The notes below the pieces were generated by a model. That model was not told the DNA's origin and did no database searches. It saw nothing but the letters and a program-made list of their open reading frames with translations. Shown piece by piece: positions 39,446-54,800 of a DNA stretch of 64,000 nt; the stretch's first letter is position 1, and each line of letters opens with the position of its first letter. Made by a program: the position numbers and the translations under genes. This stretch comes from Paraspadella gotoi (taxonomy: Eukaryota > Animalia > Chaetognatha). The stretch covers positions 18,499,501 through 18,563,500 of the forward strand of contig CM119266.1 in NCBI GenBank assembly GCA_051294375.1, in the 5' to 3' direction.

Positions 39446-41084
39446 TTTTTTCTCTTCACTTTAAATTTTCATTATTTTTACCCTCACCTTCCTCCCTATA
39501 CTCTCTTTCTCTCTCTTTCTCCTTCCTCTCCCTCCCCTCCTTCTATCTCTCCTTCTCCTGACTCTCTCTCTTGCCTTACCTCCCTCTCTTCATCTTCCCT
39601 TTTCCCCCTTCCGCCTCCTCCCCTCCCTCCTTCCCCCCTCCCCTCCTCCCCCCCCCCCCCTCCCCCCCCCCCCCCCCCTCCCTCCCTATCCTCTCTCTCT
39701 CCTTCCTTCTCTTCCCTCTCTTCCCCTCCTCTATCTCTCCTTCTTCTTCTTCTCTCAGCTCTCTCTCTCTTCTTCTCATTTCTCTCTCCCTTCTCCCTCA
39801 CATTCGTTTCACGCCCAACATTCGGTCTTCCGCTGATTTAGATTTCTTTCGTCCTCACTTCTCTCTCTCTTCTCTCTCTCTTCTTCCTCCCTCCTTCCCC
39901 CTCTCTCTTCCTCTCTTCTTTCCTCTTTTTTCTCTCCTCCCCCCTTCTCTCTCTCTCTCCTTCCTCCTCCTTCCCCCTCTCTCTCTTCCTCTCTCCTTTC
40001 CCCCTCTCTTTCTCCATTATTTTTTAACTCTTCTCCCTCTCACTCCTCCTCTTTTTTCTTTTTCCTCTTCCCCTCTCTCTTCCCCTCTCCATTTCTTTCC
40101 TCTCTCTCCCCTGCTCCTCTCTTCCTCCTCGCTGGAGGATTTCGATTCCCTTAGGATCAAATCTTTGTTGGATAACGTCCGCCTTGGCGTAGGGGTGGCG
40201 CATTGGTACCACTAAAAGTGGGCCTGCAGTGGTTCCTCTTTATTGACGAGGTGGTCACACTGTTTCTGCCAACTGATTCCAACGCGTGACTGGCATAAAG
40301 AGGCAACCTGACCGTCACCCGATGGAGAAATGGCTATATGCAATCGGTCATTGCAAATCTTGCAGATGGAAGCGAAAGTCAAATGCGACTGCAGAGGGAA
40401 AAAACGGAGCAACACGTGGTCTCAGTTTTGAGTCAATGTCTCTTAGTTTCATTCTTCTGTTAGCATCGAAAAAGTTATAGAATTGAAAAATAGAATTGAA
40501 TCGAATTTAAATTCGATTAGAAATGAAATCTAAATCTTTGTCGGAATCTTTTCTCTCTCAGATGGCGAGAATTCAAAGATTAAACTTTTACAAATAATTC
40601 GCGCTTTGAAGTTTTTTTTTTTTAATTTTCATTTAAAATGACAGAATTTAAACTATTTTATTTATAAAATCCGAATGAAAAAAAAACAATCTAAACTTTT
40701 CTGCTTTCTCCTTTTGCCAAATATAGAAAAATAAAAAAATATTATTACATTTAAATATTTTTTCGAAATAATGACAAAAATCATCGAAAATAATATGAAA
40801 AAAGAAAAGGATTTTGATTATTGGTAGCTTTAGTTAATGACCTGCGGCTCGATCTGGGTTCGTTTAGCTTGATTTTAGGACCGGGCTTTGGGGTTCGGGT
40901 TGGGCTTGGTTTTAAGTTAGGTTTTCTTGGGATTTTGCTTGGTTCGTCCTGTGCCTTCGCTTCTTTGTATTCGTTGACGAATCAATCGAAATTCGGCGCT
41001 TTATTGGCAGATCGTCACAAAAAGCCTTTGCTTGCTCAGGCCGACATCTCTCTCTCTCTCTCTATCTCATCTTCTCTCCTCTCT

Positions 41085-41148
<64 letters not shown>

Positions 41149-42168
41149 ATCACCTTTATATGAGCAATAATAAAATTACGAAAATACTTTCTCTCTCAGA
41201 TGGGTGGTAATCACTTATAGATTTTTATTCTTCTATCTATAGTTTGAATTCAGCAGAAGATTAATCCACAACACAACAATAACAACAACAACAACAAACC
41301 GTGACCTTTTTATACACCGTCGTCGTTTTATCGTCGTTCGTTGTCGTCACGTCCTCGTTGTCGTACTCGATTATTAAGGTGCGATGCATGTAGCGTTGTC
41401 TGATAGTAAACGTCATGTTTTAAACGCGATCGACCGAAAAGATCGATTGGTTTTTTCCAATGTTTTTTAGTCGTCGGTCGTCGGTTGTCGTCGTACCGTC
41501 GCAGTCGTGTTCGTATCTTTGCGGAGAGAAGGTAAGAATTAGGAAAAGAAGGAAAAAGAAAAGAAAGAGGATGTGAAAGGAAAGAATTATGTAAAAGAGA
41601 AGTAAAAGAAAAGAAGAAAAGAGAAGGGAAAGAATTAGGAAGAAGATAAAAGAGAGAAGAGAGAATAATAGAAATAGAAATAGAAATAATTCGCTCGGAA
41701 AATAAAGGAAAAAATAGACGTAAAGAAAGGAAGGATTATGAAAAGATAGGAAGAAGATAAAGGGGGAAAGAAGCTAGAATTAGTAAATAGAAAGTAAAAC
41801 TAAAAAAGAAGAAAGGAGGGAAACTAAAGAAATAAAAAATATGAAAGGAATTTCTGTCATCCGATCATTCTTAACCGATGATGACGACGACTTTCCGCCA
41901 ACAAAGGAAAGGAGAACGTAAAAAACCCTCAACGACACGAAAACAACAACTACAACAACGACCGAACGGACTTTCTGCCGTTTCACGGCTCACGCCCTTT
42001 CACGCGCCGACTTCGGGTCTTCTGTAAAAAGAAAAAGGAAAACCGATTCACACAACGAATCACATTCACGGCATGCCGACCGTGAAGGAGGGTGTGACAA
42101 ATAACACAATGATTCGCACCATGAGATGTGACGCGTTGAGGATGGAGGGAGAAGGAAAATTATACAAT

Positions 42169-42199
<31 letters not shown>

Positions 42200-42204
42200 A
42201 GAGA

Positions 42205-42239
<35 letters not shown>

Positions 42240-42611
42240 GGAAGGAGCTCCTCCATCGCCGAATTTTTAGGGAAAATGTATTTTTCGTTCGTTTCATCCT
42301 TCAGCTTTCGTCCCCGGGATTGCTTCGACCAATTAGCGTTCGTCCCCTCGGAATCACGAACCAATCAGATCCTCTGGACGCGATTCTCTGTCGCGATTTG
42401 GTCCAGATGATCGGAATATTCTGTTCCGGTTATCCACAAATTTTTTTTTCTTCTTCCCTCTTCCTCCTTTCAAAGAAAAAGCAAAAGCTCTTCCTCCTCA
42501 TCCTCCTTATCCCGTTGGACTTACCACGGTCTTACCTCGTCGCGGTCGTCGTCGGTCTGCGTCGTCGTTCGACGACGTTTCCAGTCTCGCGAAGAGAGAG
42601 AGGAGAGAGAT

Positions 42612-42657
<46 letters not shown>

Positions 42658-42821
42658 AGAGAGCCACGTTCTTTTTTTTCTTTTTATATATTTGCTTTTC
42701 TCCTTTTAAACTTCTTTTCTTTTTTTTATATTTTAGTCTCTCTCTTTCTCCCGGGCCCTGCGTTCTTCGACAGCCGTCTCCTCGTTCTCTCTCTCTCTCT
42801 CTCGTCTCTCCTCTCTCTCTC

Positions 42822-42873
<52 letters not shown>

Positions 42874-43623
42874 GCCCGGTTCAGTCTCGTACTCGTCCAG
42901 TGTGCCCGGCGTGTTAAATGAATTTCCATTTCTTTTGAAGTCTTCGTTTTTTGCTCCAACCCAAAACTGGCGTTCAGAGAATTGCCTTAGCCTTATTCTC
43001 TGTGCGTAACATCTCCTCTGTGCGTACTTCTCCCCTTTTCGCACTTTTCTATTCTTTTTTGCTTATTGTTTCGCCGTTTACAACTCTGTTTTGTACTTTT
43101 CTGGATGCATTATTGCTCTCTTTTTTTTCTCCTTGCGTATTCTCTTCTATTATGTTTCGCTGACTTGCTCATCTCGATTTCCACTCGCATCGTTCGTGAA
43201 AGACAACGCCAAGATATATAATGCGAATAAAAATGATTTGAGAAAATATTCTCTGGACGAAAAAAAAAAAGATCGGTTTTATAATCATTGGAATCGAATA
43301 TAAATTTTGTATTTAAACATCTACGAGAAATCAATTCGAGTAAAAATTCCGTTTATTATTAGGTTTTTTTTTTGGTTAAAGGTTTATTTTCATAAGATCA
43401 AATTTTGTTTTGTTTTGTTTTGGTTTTTTTTTACATTTGTTTTAGCCAAAAAGCTATAACAGAATAAGAAAATTGTATTCGATGATCAAACATCTTAAGA
43501 TTTTAATTTCAGGACCGACCCAACAGAAGGACAGAATTCTAAAAAATGCAAACTATAAATGAAAAACTCGTATTGGATCTTTCTCAAATATGTCATAGTG
43601 TAGCATTTACATTATACAACTCT

Positions 43624-43686
<63 letters not shown>

Positions 43687-43687
43687 C

Positions 43688-43736
<49 letters not shown>

Positions 43737-45183
43737 CCATTCTCTCCCTTTCCTCTCTCAGTCTATCTTTGTGTCTATCTCTTTTACCTCCCATTTTTCT
43801 TTTTCTTCCTCGTTCGTCAGTCAACGGTAAAAACAGGATATCGCCGATCAAAGTTTTCTCTTTTTCTTTATGTAATGTCATGTTTATATTTCTTTTTGAT
43901 AAAAAGTAAAAATATATTTTTTTTTACCTATTATTTCTGAGTTTTTTTATTTAAGATATTTTTCCTATTTTTACTCTTCGTCTTTTTGGTCTTAAAATTA
44001 AATCTTTAAGATTTTGGGAATTTTTTGTGTCTTTTGTGGGTTCCGTCGTTTTATCCTTTCTGATCAGGAATGAAATCTTCTAATTACTCCTTAATTACAA
44101 CAACAAACAACAACAACCTAACAAATATAAAATCCCCATCCAGGAAGAGAGAAGAAACTGACGACATGCGAAAATTAAAAAAACCTAATGAGCGAAGAAT
44201 TTTTTTTCATCAGGAAGAAAACTTATAAAAAAATATTTTATCAAATAAAAAAAAAAAAAACAAAAAGGTTTTTAAGGTTATAAAACACAAAGTAAATGAG
44301 GTAAAAAAGGAGCAGAAATTGTAAAAAAAAAGAGCAAATTTGATTGTTTTCTCAATGAAATTAAAGATAAAAAAGATAAAAAAAAAAATGGAGATAAAAT
44401 TGGACTAAACGAGCGACGCTTCGGTCGCACGATATAAAAAAAAATCCAGTTTAGACTCGTTTTATTTCTAAGTTTCTAACTCGAGAATTTTGAAAGTTTG
44501 ACCCGATCCGGTAGGGAATTCATATTCCCGTTTCTCCTCGAGAATTTGCACCGCTCCTACAAGCGAACTGGCTTTGCGCCAGCCGATTTCATACAAATTT
44601 ACGGAACCGAGCGTCAAGCCAGAGGCAGAGGCAGAGCACCAGTCAGATGCGAAGTCCCGACTGGTTGAGTCGCTCTTGCACTGAGCTTCCATACGATGTC
44701 GTTTGCTGTTCTCGTTATCACACTCCATCTCTCTCCACCATTTGTTCATTTCATTTCCTTTCCTTTATATATTTCCTTATTTTCCTTTCTTTCTTCAAAT
44801 CCCAATGACAGAATGACAACTACAGTGGATCATATGACCTTTTCTACAAAAGACATCCGTCGAATGCTTAAAAATATTAAAAAAAAAACAAAAACTTTTA
44901 CCTAATGTAAAACTTTGTTCGCGGCCTTTTTTTAAAATATTTTTCTATCAAGTTTTTCATCGAATTAATGTATGATAAGCGAATAGGAGAAATGAAAAGA
45001 ATAATAACATTTTAATATTACGTCGTTTTGTTTTTAATTCTTCTCTTATTTTCCAAAATTTATTTTATCTAATTTATATATTGTCTTTCTTTATGCAAAT
45101 TATCTTTTGTTATTCATAATATCTTCTCTATTATCTCTTTGTTTTTTCTTGAGCTCTTTGTCGACCTTCTCTCTTCCTTCCTC

Positions 45184-45252
<69 letters not shown>

Positions 45253-45590
45253 AACTTCGTTTTTCCGTCGTTTTGTGTCACCGTTCTCTTGGTAGTAAAT
45301 TTGGCCGAGTGAGACTTCTGATGAAACCACAGATGGAGGCGAAGATGAACGCACGGATAAAGTGGAACTGCAATAGAACCGCTAATAGAACCACGGATAT
45401 ACCATAAATAAACCACATATGAAACCACAAAATAAAACCACTCATTGAAACAGCCGATAGAACCACAGATTGAACCGAAAATAAACTTACAGATGGAACC
45501 CCAAATAGAAGGACTAATAAAAAAGCTTCGTTGGCCACAGAAATGTGAGGGGAATCCCTTCACAACCAAATTGAAATGTGAGATCTCTTC

Positions 45591-45666
<76 letters not shown>

Positions 45667-46791
45667 AATCATCCGTCCACTCTCTCTCCCACTTCACCTT
45701 TTTTCGTAATCGCTCTACATTTTCTCTCTCGTTCTCTTGACGTTTCTGCCTGATGGAACTTCATTCTGTCCATTCTCTCTGTTTAACACTTTTCCATTTC
45801 AACCTCCTCCTCTGTTATTTCCTCCTCCTCCTCCTCCTCCTCCTCCTTTTCCCTTTATTTCTTTTCTTTCTTCCTCCTCTTCCTCCAGCCTACCTCTTCT
45901 CCTTTCTCCTTCTATTTTACCCTTTCCTCTTTTTCTCTAGAACTTACTTCCTTTTTTCCTCCCTCTCCTTTTTTTCTCTCTACTTTTCATTCTTTTCTCC
46001 CTATTTCTTCCTTCCCTCTTCTGACTTCCTCCCTTCCTTCCTTTTCCCTCTCTGCCTCCTCCTTCTCTATTCGTCCCACTTCTCGTCAAGGACGGTAAAA
46101 GGAATCGATTATTGACGTTCGCGTCGTCGTCGTCGTCGTCTCTCTCGTCGTCCTGGTTGTTGTTGTCCGTCATCGTCATCGTTGTCGTGGTCGTCGACGG
46201 AAATCTGCTCGTGCAGCCTCAATAAGCTGTCCTATTTCGTGCGTTTCGTCGTCGTCGTCCGTCGTTGTCCTCATTTGGATTTTCGTGTTTGACTTTTCCC
46301 CGAATGTGATTCTTTGATGTCGAATGAATTCATCCCTTTATTTTCTTTCCTATCTTACCATTACATTATCATATCATCACATCATCATCATCTCATCATC
46401 ATCATCATCTATCACTCATATCTATCATCATCATCACATCATTCGCATCTCATCTATTCATACATTGTCGTCGTCGTCATTCGTCCGCTTCGTTGCCGTT
46501 CTTCGTCAACAACAACAAAAAGCAACCAAAAACCACAACAACAAGAACAACAAAACAACAACAACGTCTTCAATAGACGGCATTCACTCGCATACTATCG
46601 TCTGAACCGCCACGTGTCGCGTGTTCAGTGTCGCGTGTCACGTCCCTCTAATTTCGCCGCCCAAAATTCAACGCAATGACAAATTCGATTCCATTCAGGA
46701 TTGCAAATTCATTCTCTTTTGTATTTTCTTTTCTTCTTTCTCTTTCCTTTTCTTTCTTTTCTCGTACTTTTTTCTTTCTTTCTTTCTTTCT

Positions 46792-46835
<44 letters not shown>

Positions 46836-46905
46836 TTCTTTCTTTCTTTCTTTTTTTCTTTTTTCTTTCTTTTCGTTCTTTCCGCAATTTTCTCCTCTGA
46901 CCCCC

Positions 46906-46979
<74 letters not shown>

Positions 46980-48215
46980 TCAATCTTCATTCACATCACG
47001 TGAAACCCATGACCTTGTGACCCTTCGTGCCTTCTACAATGAGCCTCACCCGTCACCGATTCACACTCTCGCTCACAGTGAGAAGAGTGAACGGCCTCTC
47101 ATTGCTTTCACTCCTATCACACTCTCACAATCACAATTTACTCACAAAAGTCATCACAAAAAATAGTTTGTTGCTCTTAGGTCAAATTATTTTCTGTCGT
47201 CGCCGGCGGTGAGCGATTCAGCGTTTTTCACAAGATGAAAACAAAGTTTCACAAATTCACATTAAATTAATCCCGAGCGGAAACTAATCAGTTCGCTCGA
47301 CCGACAGACGACCGACAGATCGACGACAGACCGACCGACCGACTCTTGCCCGACAAAGTCGGCTAATTAAAGGCAGAGTAAGCTCACACGGTGGTGAGAG
47401 CTCTTGTTACGCCGGTCAGTCAACGCCATCAGCCACGCCCATTAGCTACGTCACCAGTTCAATCTTCCGTCACCTGTCGGTTGTCACGTCAACTGTCAGT
47501 TGCACTGACGTCGCCTGACGTCGCCTGCCAACCACGACAACGCCTGTCAGGTCAAGATTACCGCTCGGGCGATCGCCACTTACTTCAAGCGACAGCGCCA
47601 CCCGCGGCGCGACGACGAACTAATCAAGTCGAAATCCAAACAAGTGAACAAATTGACGAATTCGAATTTTTTGAGACCGCGAACGAAAACAATAAAATTG
47701 CCACTATTTTTCGAAAGCGGCCAATTATCTGTTTCTAATTCTTCAACTGGATTTTAAACCAAATTTTTAAACCCTAATCTTTTTCGAATAGATAATCTTT
47801 AACCCTAATCCATTATCCCCTAACTTTAATCTTTACCAAATGTCTTACCAAATTCTTAACGTAAAATATAACCGTAAATTTAAACTAGTTTTTATCTACG
47901 TTCTTTCTCGTCACTCTTCTCAATTCTTAATTTAAGTCCGAAATGAGGCGCCTTAGGAATAGATGGCCAAAAACAAATATTAAAACTCGTTCATGTCCTA
48001 AATAAAGTAAAATCTTCTACAAGTGATACAAGTTTGCAAATGACGATTTTTTAACTACGGGCTCTCGTAATATATGTATGTAATTTAATTAAACGAAGAT
48101 TAAGATAATTTTTTTAAGCTGTGAAATTACACAAATAAGAAAAATATCCTTCTCTTTCTGTCTCTCTGTGTCTTTTTGTTTGTCAATCTGTCTGTCTGTC
48201 TCTGTCTGTCTGTCT

Positions 48216-48267
<52 letters not shown>

Positions 48268-48313
48268 AGAGAGATTTATTCTCGGGGATCTGGTTCTTGA
48301 AATCGCGCCAAAA

Positions 48314-48364
<51 letters not shown>

Positions 48365-49213
48365 NNNNNNNNNNNNNNNNNNNNNNNNNCTCTCTCTCTC
48401 TCTCTCTGTTTCCATTACACGCTGGCTCTCAACTTTACAAAGCACGCGTGTTTCCAAGATTAAACCAGAATAACGAGTGCCAACTTATTTAAAAATACTA
48501 CATCTGCTAGTGAACGCTCAAAAAAAAGGTAAAAAAAGACGTAATTATAAAAATTTAGAGTTTTAATTATTTTTTTCCGGAGCCGAACGACGACCTGCAA
48601 GCGACGACGAACGAAGACGACGACGACGACGACGACTACAACTACGACTATGAACGACGACAAAAGACGAACGACGACGAAGACGAGAAAAAGTCGTAAA
48701 AAAAGGGAATGAAAGAGAAACAGTGAAACCGGTTTAAATCGAAATTTGAGAATCGCGATTTCGAGTTGAATCGTCGCTGACTTTACTGTCGTTCGTCTCT
48801 TTTACTCACGTTGTTCTTTTAGTTTCTCGTTGTTTCATTTGTTGTTCTTCACCCTTTTTGTTGTTCTTTTTTTTCAGCTCTCCTCATTTTTGTGATTTAT
48901 TATGTTGTTCTTATCGTTTTGATTTTTATTTATATTGTTTTCATCGAAATTGTTGGTTCTCAATCTCATGTTGTTCTCTTCGTTTTCCGATGTTCCTAAT
49001 GTTGTTATTTATAATTTGTCCATGTTTTTTTTTCTTTTTTTTCTTTTTCATACTTAGTTTTTATGTCTCAAGTTGTAATTTTTATTTTATTTTGCTCTTT
49101 TTTGCTTCTTTGTAATTTTACGATTTTTCGAGTTTTTTATCGTCGTTGTTGTTGTTGTGGTTGTTGTCGTTGTCGATATTTTTTTCCCGTTTTCCGCACC
49201 TTTGCTCGTTTTT

Positions 49214-49248
<35 letters not shown>

Positions 49249-49333
49249 TTCGTCGTCGATTTTTAACTTTTTCGTCTTTTGAAATTTTGTTGCTCTTTTA
49301 ATTGTAGTTCACGTTGTAAACGCTGCAGTCTTC

Positions 49334-49367
<34 letters not shown>

Positions 49368-51716
49368 TTGTCATCGTCTTCCCTATTCGACCATAAAAAA
49401 CCGAATGATATGTCTTTTAAACGTCAAACTTAATTTAACGAAAACAAGGAATTTACTTCGTTTTGGGGCGGAAATTATTTTTTTGGGGGAAAAAAGGGAA
49501 ACGTTTGATGTCCTTTTTTAATTTTTTATTTCTAATTAAATGGCAACAAAAAAAAAAAGTGGACGCGCGCAAATTGTCAAACGTCTTCTTAAAACTTTTT
49601 TTTTATTATCTATTCCGCTAATTGTGTTAATGGTGACTCCGCTTTACTGGAAGGGATTGGGAGAAATGATCGGACGGAAAATGAGAAAATGATCGCATTG
49701 ACAAGATTCGGGCAACGATTGGCTGGAGTCGAGGAGAAATGGAATGCGAGGTTGTGAATACTATTCTAAAAACTTGAGACGCTCATTTTAATTTTATTTT
49801 TCGCAATGGTAGTATCATTTTTCTCGTTTAGGATTGGTCTAGATTTAACAAAATGTTTGACGATAAACGTAATAAATGTTACAGTCTGTACGCCGCATCT
49901 TTTTAAATGTTTTAAATTACTCCGATGCGTCATTATCTCCGATGAAACTCCTTTTTTCCATTTTTTTCTACTACACATATTTTTCTTCATCTTTCTTTCC
50001 ATCTTGATCCGTTTTTAAAAAAAAAATCTCTCTATCTCTCCTTTTCTCCGCAGAGTGAGAGAGAGAGAGAGAGAGCTAGAGAGAGAGACGATTGCAAGAC
50101 ATCGAATGAAAAGGGAGAGAGGGAGAGAAAGGGAGAGAGCTAGAGAGAGAGACGAATGAAAAGGGAGAGAGGGAGAGAGAGAGGGATATGGTGACCTTGC
50201 TGATTGTGAGTTCTGACCCATAGAAGTTTGGAACGAATAAGATTGAATTAGTTTGACTTTGATTACAAATAAACATCTGTTTAATTATCTGTAAATTTAC
50301 AGATGGTGATGGTGACGGTCGGCGCGGAATTCGTCTACACATTGACTCGGGATCGAAGCCTCGCCGTAAAAAAAAACATCTGTGAAAATTCACTCCTGAA
50401 AAAAATTTCCCTTGGAAAGTCATCCGTAAAAAATCTACTGTGAATATCTGCGTGAAAAAAGCGTCACAAAGAATTCCATGGTCGTCTGGTGAAGAGAAAA
50501 TAAAAATTAGTCGTCGTCTTCGCTAATGGAATTATAAATAAGGATTAATTGACTCATTAAACGATTATAATAAAATAAATTTAAAAATAAGCAAAACCGA
50601 AAACTGGGTCATCGGCGGTGACATCCAAGACGGAAACTCACCCGCATAAAAAAGTAAGTTCATCTTTTTTCCTTTGTGAACGCAACGTCGTTTCAGATCT
50701 GACAGAGTTCACGAGTGACCATTAAATATCCCACAGTTGGTGGAAATGACCTCTGAGGATCTGCANNNNNNNNNNTAAATATCCCACGGTTGGTGGAAAT
50801 GACCTCTGAGGATCTGCAATGCTACCCGTGCACCAATGATCACTGATGCAATTGACATCGCCGTCCACCAATGACCCTATCGTTCTTTACCAATTCGCGT
50901 CATTCGTAAAAAAGAATTTGGTCTTTTTTCCAAATGTGAAGAGAAGGAATTTTTTGAGTCTAGAGTCAGATCGCCCCGGGCCAAAGGGAACTCTGAGGAA
51001 TTAAGTACATTTTAATTGTAATGTATTATTGATGAAAAGCTTCCAACTGATTATCGTCGTCGTCTATAAAACTTAATTAAACGATCAACTAGAATCGGAG
51101 ACAATAGATTAAAAAACCTAAAACGCTTTTTTTTTCCTCTCTGAAGAAAAGTTTTTTTTATCTGTCAAGAATAATGTAAACGGGAAATCTTTAATAGATT
51201 ATATTTAATGATTCGTCGTTGTTGTCGTCATCGTCTTCATTGTCGTCGTCTTCCTTTTTAAAACGAAAGAAAGTGTTTTTCTCGATTGATTTCGAAAATC
51301 ATCTTGTCATCATCATCATCATCATCAATTATCATCATCAAAATCATCATCATCACAAAAGAATAAGTTTTTCTCTCTCTCTTTCTCTCCAAAATTAAAG
51401 AAGACTAGTAAACGATAGTGACCGGACGGAAAGACCGGCCAGTCAAATTCGTGACCTCGCGAAATATGTAAAAGAGAGAAATAGAGAGAGAGAGGCGAGG
51501 CATCATAAAGAGAGAAAGAAAGTACAAAGATTCTGTCTTCCATTCCTCGTTATATCTAACAATTTTTCAGCCATATTGGTTTAAAAGTTCCGCATTTCAG
51601 AGTTAATTAATTAAGTTTTTCGATTTAAAGATTAGGTTAGTGGTTATGGTTATGGTTAGGCGATAGGTTTAAGAATTGGGTTAGTGACTCGGTCAGGTAT
51701 TAGGGATAGAGATTAA
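36624..51716. repeat. Copy 3 (full length) of the block
   Basis: Starts GAAAACATTGAACAAAGTAAG (compare 15178), is collinear through GATAGAGATTAA, then continues into new sequence. Confidence 0.95.
36778..37105. repeat. Second copy of the T[G/C]ATCAAC 8-bp minisatellite
   Basis: Similar variant order to 15333-15652 with scattered single-base indels. Confidence 0.9.
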
Positions 51717-51879
51717 GTTATGAATTTAAAAATAGATTAGGCTAGGTTTTAAAAAAAAGTAGCTTTCTGAAAATAGTGCCACAATTCTATATCCTTAAAA
51801 AACGAAGACTCGGTGACGGATAGATGGACCTCCGCACCGGACGGACAGACGGATGTTTTTTTTTTACGTTGTTCTTCGT

Positions 51880-54800
51880 CAAATCTGAATAAGACGGATA
51901 GAAAAATAATCGATTTAAAGACGAACAGACAAATGGATGTTTTTTTTTACTCTTTTTCTTTTTCTCGTTTTTCTTGATAATTGATTTGTAAAACCGTCGA
52001 AATACAATAAAATAAATTGTGGAGTAAACCGGTTCGAACCCGGAATCTCCAGGTGAGCCGCCGCAATTTTTAGTATTTGATAATTAAGGAATTGATGAGC
52101 CAAGAGGTACAGAACGTGAAAGTATTTTTAGGGTTTTAAAGTAAAAAGGTTTTTTTTTTTAATTTAATGAAATCAAAATCGCAAAAATTTTTTACAATAC
52201 TCTAGACTTATGACAAATTATAGCAGAGAAAATCATAAGAGAAACGATAAAAACGAAAGATAAATAAAGGATAAGATACCAAAAAAAAAGGAAAATAAGG
52301 AAGTTGGAAGAAAGAAAGAAGGGGAATGCAGGAAGATATCAAACGGGAATAAAAAAAGGTTAAAAGAAAAAAGGTAGGAGAAGAGAAGTAAGAAAAGAAA
52401 AAAAGAAAAGAAGGTGAATACAGGAAGATATCAAAAAGGAATAAAAAAAGAGAGAAGAGAAGAGAAGTAAGAAAAGAAAAAAAGAAAAAAAGGTGAATAC
52501 AGGAAGATATCAAAAAGGAATAAAAAAAGAGAGAAGAGAAGAGAAGTAAGAAAAGAAAAAAGAGAAGAAAATAAAAACAGAGAATTAGGAGAGAAGCGGA
52601 AAGGAAAAGGTATCTCTCTTCCTTCTTCTTTCCCGCGCCCAACCTACTCCCCCCCCCCCAGCCACTGCTTGTTGTCCGACAGGCGCCTTCCCTTTTTAAA
52701 TATTTTTCGTAATTATTTTGTGATCAATATACTGCAAGTTATAATTTTTTAAAACCTTAATTCAATTTTACACGAACGGAAATTTTTTTTTTCTTTTTTC
52801 AATATGTCATGCCATCGACGAACATTTGTTAAAATACCGAGTGGGGCGATGAGAGAAGAGAGAGAGAGAGAGAGAGAGGGGAGATGAGAGAGAGAGAGAA
52901 GAGAGGAGAGAAGAGGAGATAGAAAGAAAAGAGAGAGAGAGAATACGAATTGGATGAACTGATTAATACATTCACGCCGATGGTAATGGGCGAAATTCAT
53001 ACTAACAAAAACTTGGTCTTTACTTAATCTTGGTCGTCGTAATCGATTACCAGACAATCAAAAAAATTTTTACAAGCACACGATAGCTTGTTAGTACTAC
53101 AACATAAGGAAAAATGTGATAATCAGCGCAGTGACTTTATACAGTGATACGCGCTGTGACATACCGGCACATCTGCTAGCTATTCTAATCTTGATTTTGT
53201 TTGGAAATAAATATATTATATAGTACACTACTGAACTCTGGCGCAATTTCACTCAGACAGCCGTGGCGTCGGATAGTGACAGATCACCCAAGACAATTTA
53301 TTGCCCAGAACAGAACAGACAATGTAAGCGAGGAAACAGATCATACAGTAAAAACGAACAAGGCACAAATAACAAACATAAAAGTCTAACCGATGACAAC
53401 GACAACGACAACAACCACGGAGCCAGACAAACTAGGAGTTGTTGCGGTGCAGTCCAACAGAGCATAGCCAGAACGGATAAAGATCTCGCCCGCCAAAACT
53501 CGTTAAAGCTTTAAGGGGAAAGTGGCGGAAAAAAAAAGTGCAAAAAAATTTTTGCTGTTGTATAATTTCTTCCCAGGAATTATCGAGTTTTAATGTTTAT
53601 TTTTTCAAGAACTCAATTTCTTTTAGATAACGTTTCTACGGCCATTTATAGAGACCGCGAGGCCGGATGAGTAACGACGAGGACGACGATGGACGACGAT
53701 GGCTTTATGAGAGAGTGTTTTGAGCCGCTTTAAAGTCGTTCTAGGTTCGAAATTTGGAGAAGGAGTGGACGGTAGCGAGAGAGAGAATAGAGGAAGGAGG
53801 GAAGAACGTGATGCAGAGAGAGAGAGATTGTAGGATGGAGAGGCGAGGAGAAGGGAGAGAGAGTAGAAGATAAGGACGAGAGTGAGAGGAGAAAGATGAT
53901 TTCAATAATATTAGAAATAAAAAGTTGAAATTGTGCAAAACAATATTTCAAAGCTTTCTGTCTCTATTTTCCGACAATTCATGTCGCTGTCAATTATATG
54001 TACATTTCACTAATGTGCATATTATCTATTTAAGGTAGATTACGACCTGGTATTTGGTTACATTCATTGTGTGGACACGGGTTCCATATCCTTTGGCCCA
54101 CTTTACTGTCTCCAGGTGGAACAGCTTGGCTAAAGATCGTGTAGCTCTGGGCCGTAGTCAGATATTTGACTATTGATCAAAATTACCTGGGCGCTTGTGG
54201 ACCTGACAATTGATACGAGGAGCATCATTGGCGCCCGCTTATGACGAATTGGCTAGCAGAGAGACTCGCTTGAGCGCTGATATAGTTGATGGGGATTTGA
54301 GGTCGTTGCCTAATTTATTATTGCTTTTATAAATTAATTCTCTCTCAGATAACTCAAATATCTTGAATATTCGTTCGCGTTTTTTAGGCGCAATTTTTTG
54401 AAAGTGAATACAATGTTAATTTTGATGCTAATTCAAATTTTAAAAAGACGTGTCCAACGAACTATGAAGTTGTCATAACATGACTAGTATAGATTTACTG
54501 TAAATAGAAATGTAATTATTGGTGAAAGACATTTAATGAAAGCGGGAATTGAATGCTCAGGGAAATAAGGGCACAGAAAGGGACTCTTTATAGGGCGAAG
54601 CAAGTTCATCCTATGTTGTGTCAGTCGTTGGGGAGGGCCAGCCCAAGCATATGCATACCTTTGTAATTTTTAATAGATGTATTAAATCATCCTTTCTCTC
54701 AGCCAGAACTCTGCTCTATCTTCCTCTCTCCATCTCCTCTCTCTCTCTCTCTTCGCGTCTCATCCTGCTGTCTCTTCTTTCTCTCCTTCTACTCTTTTTC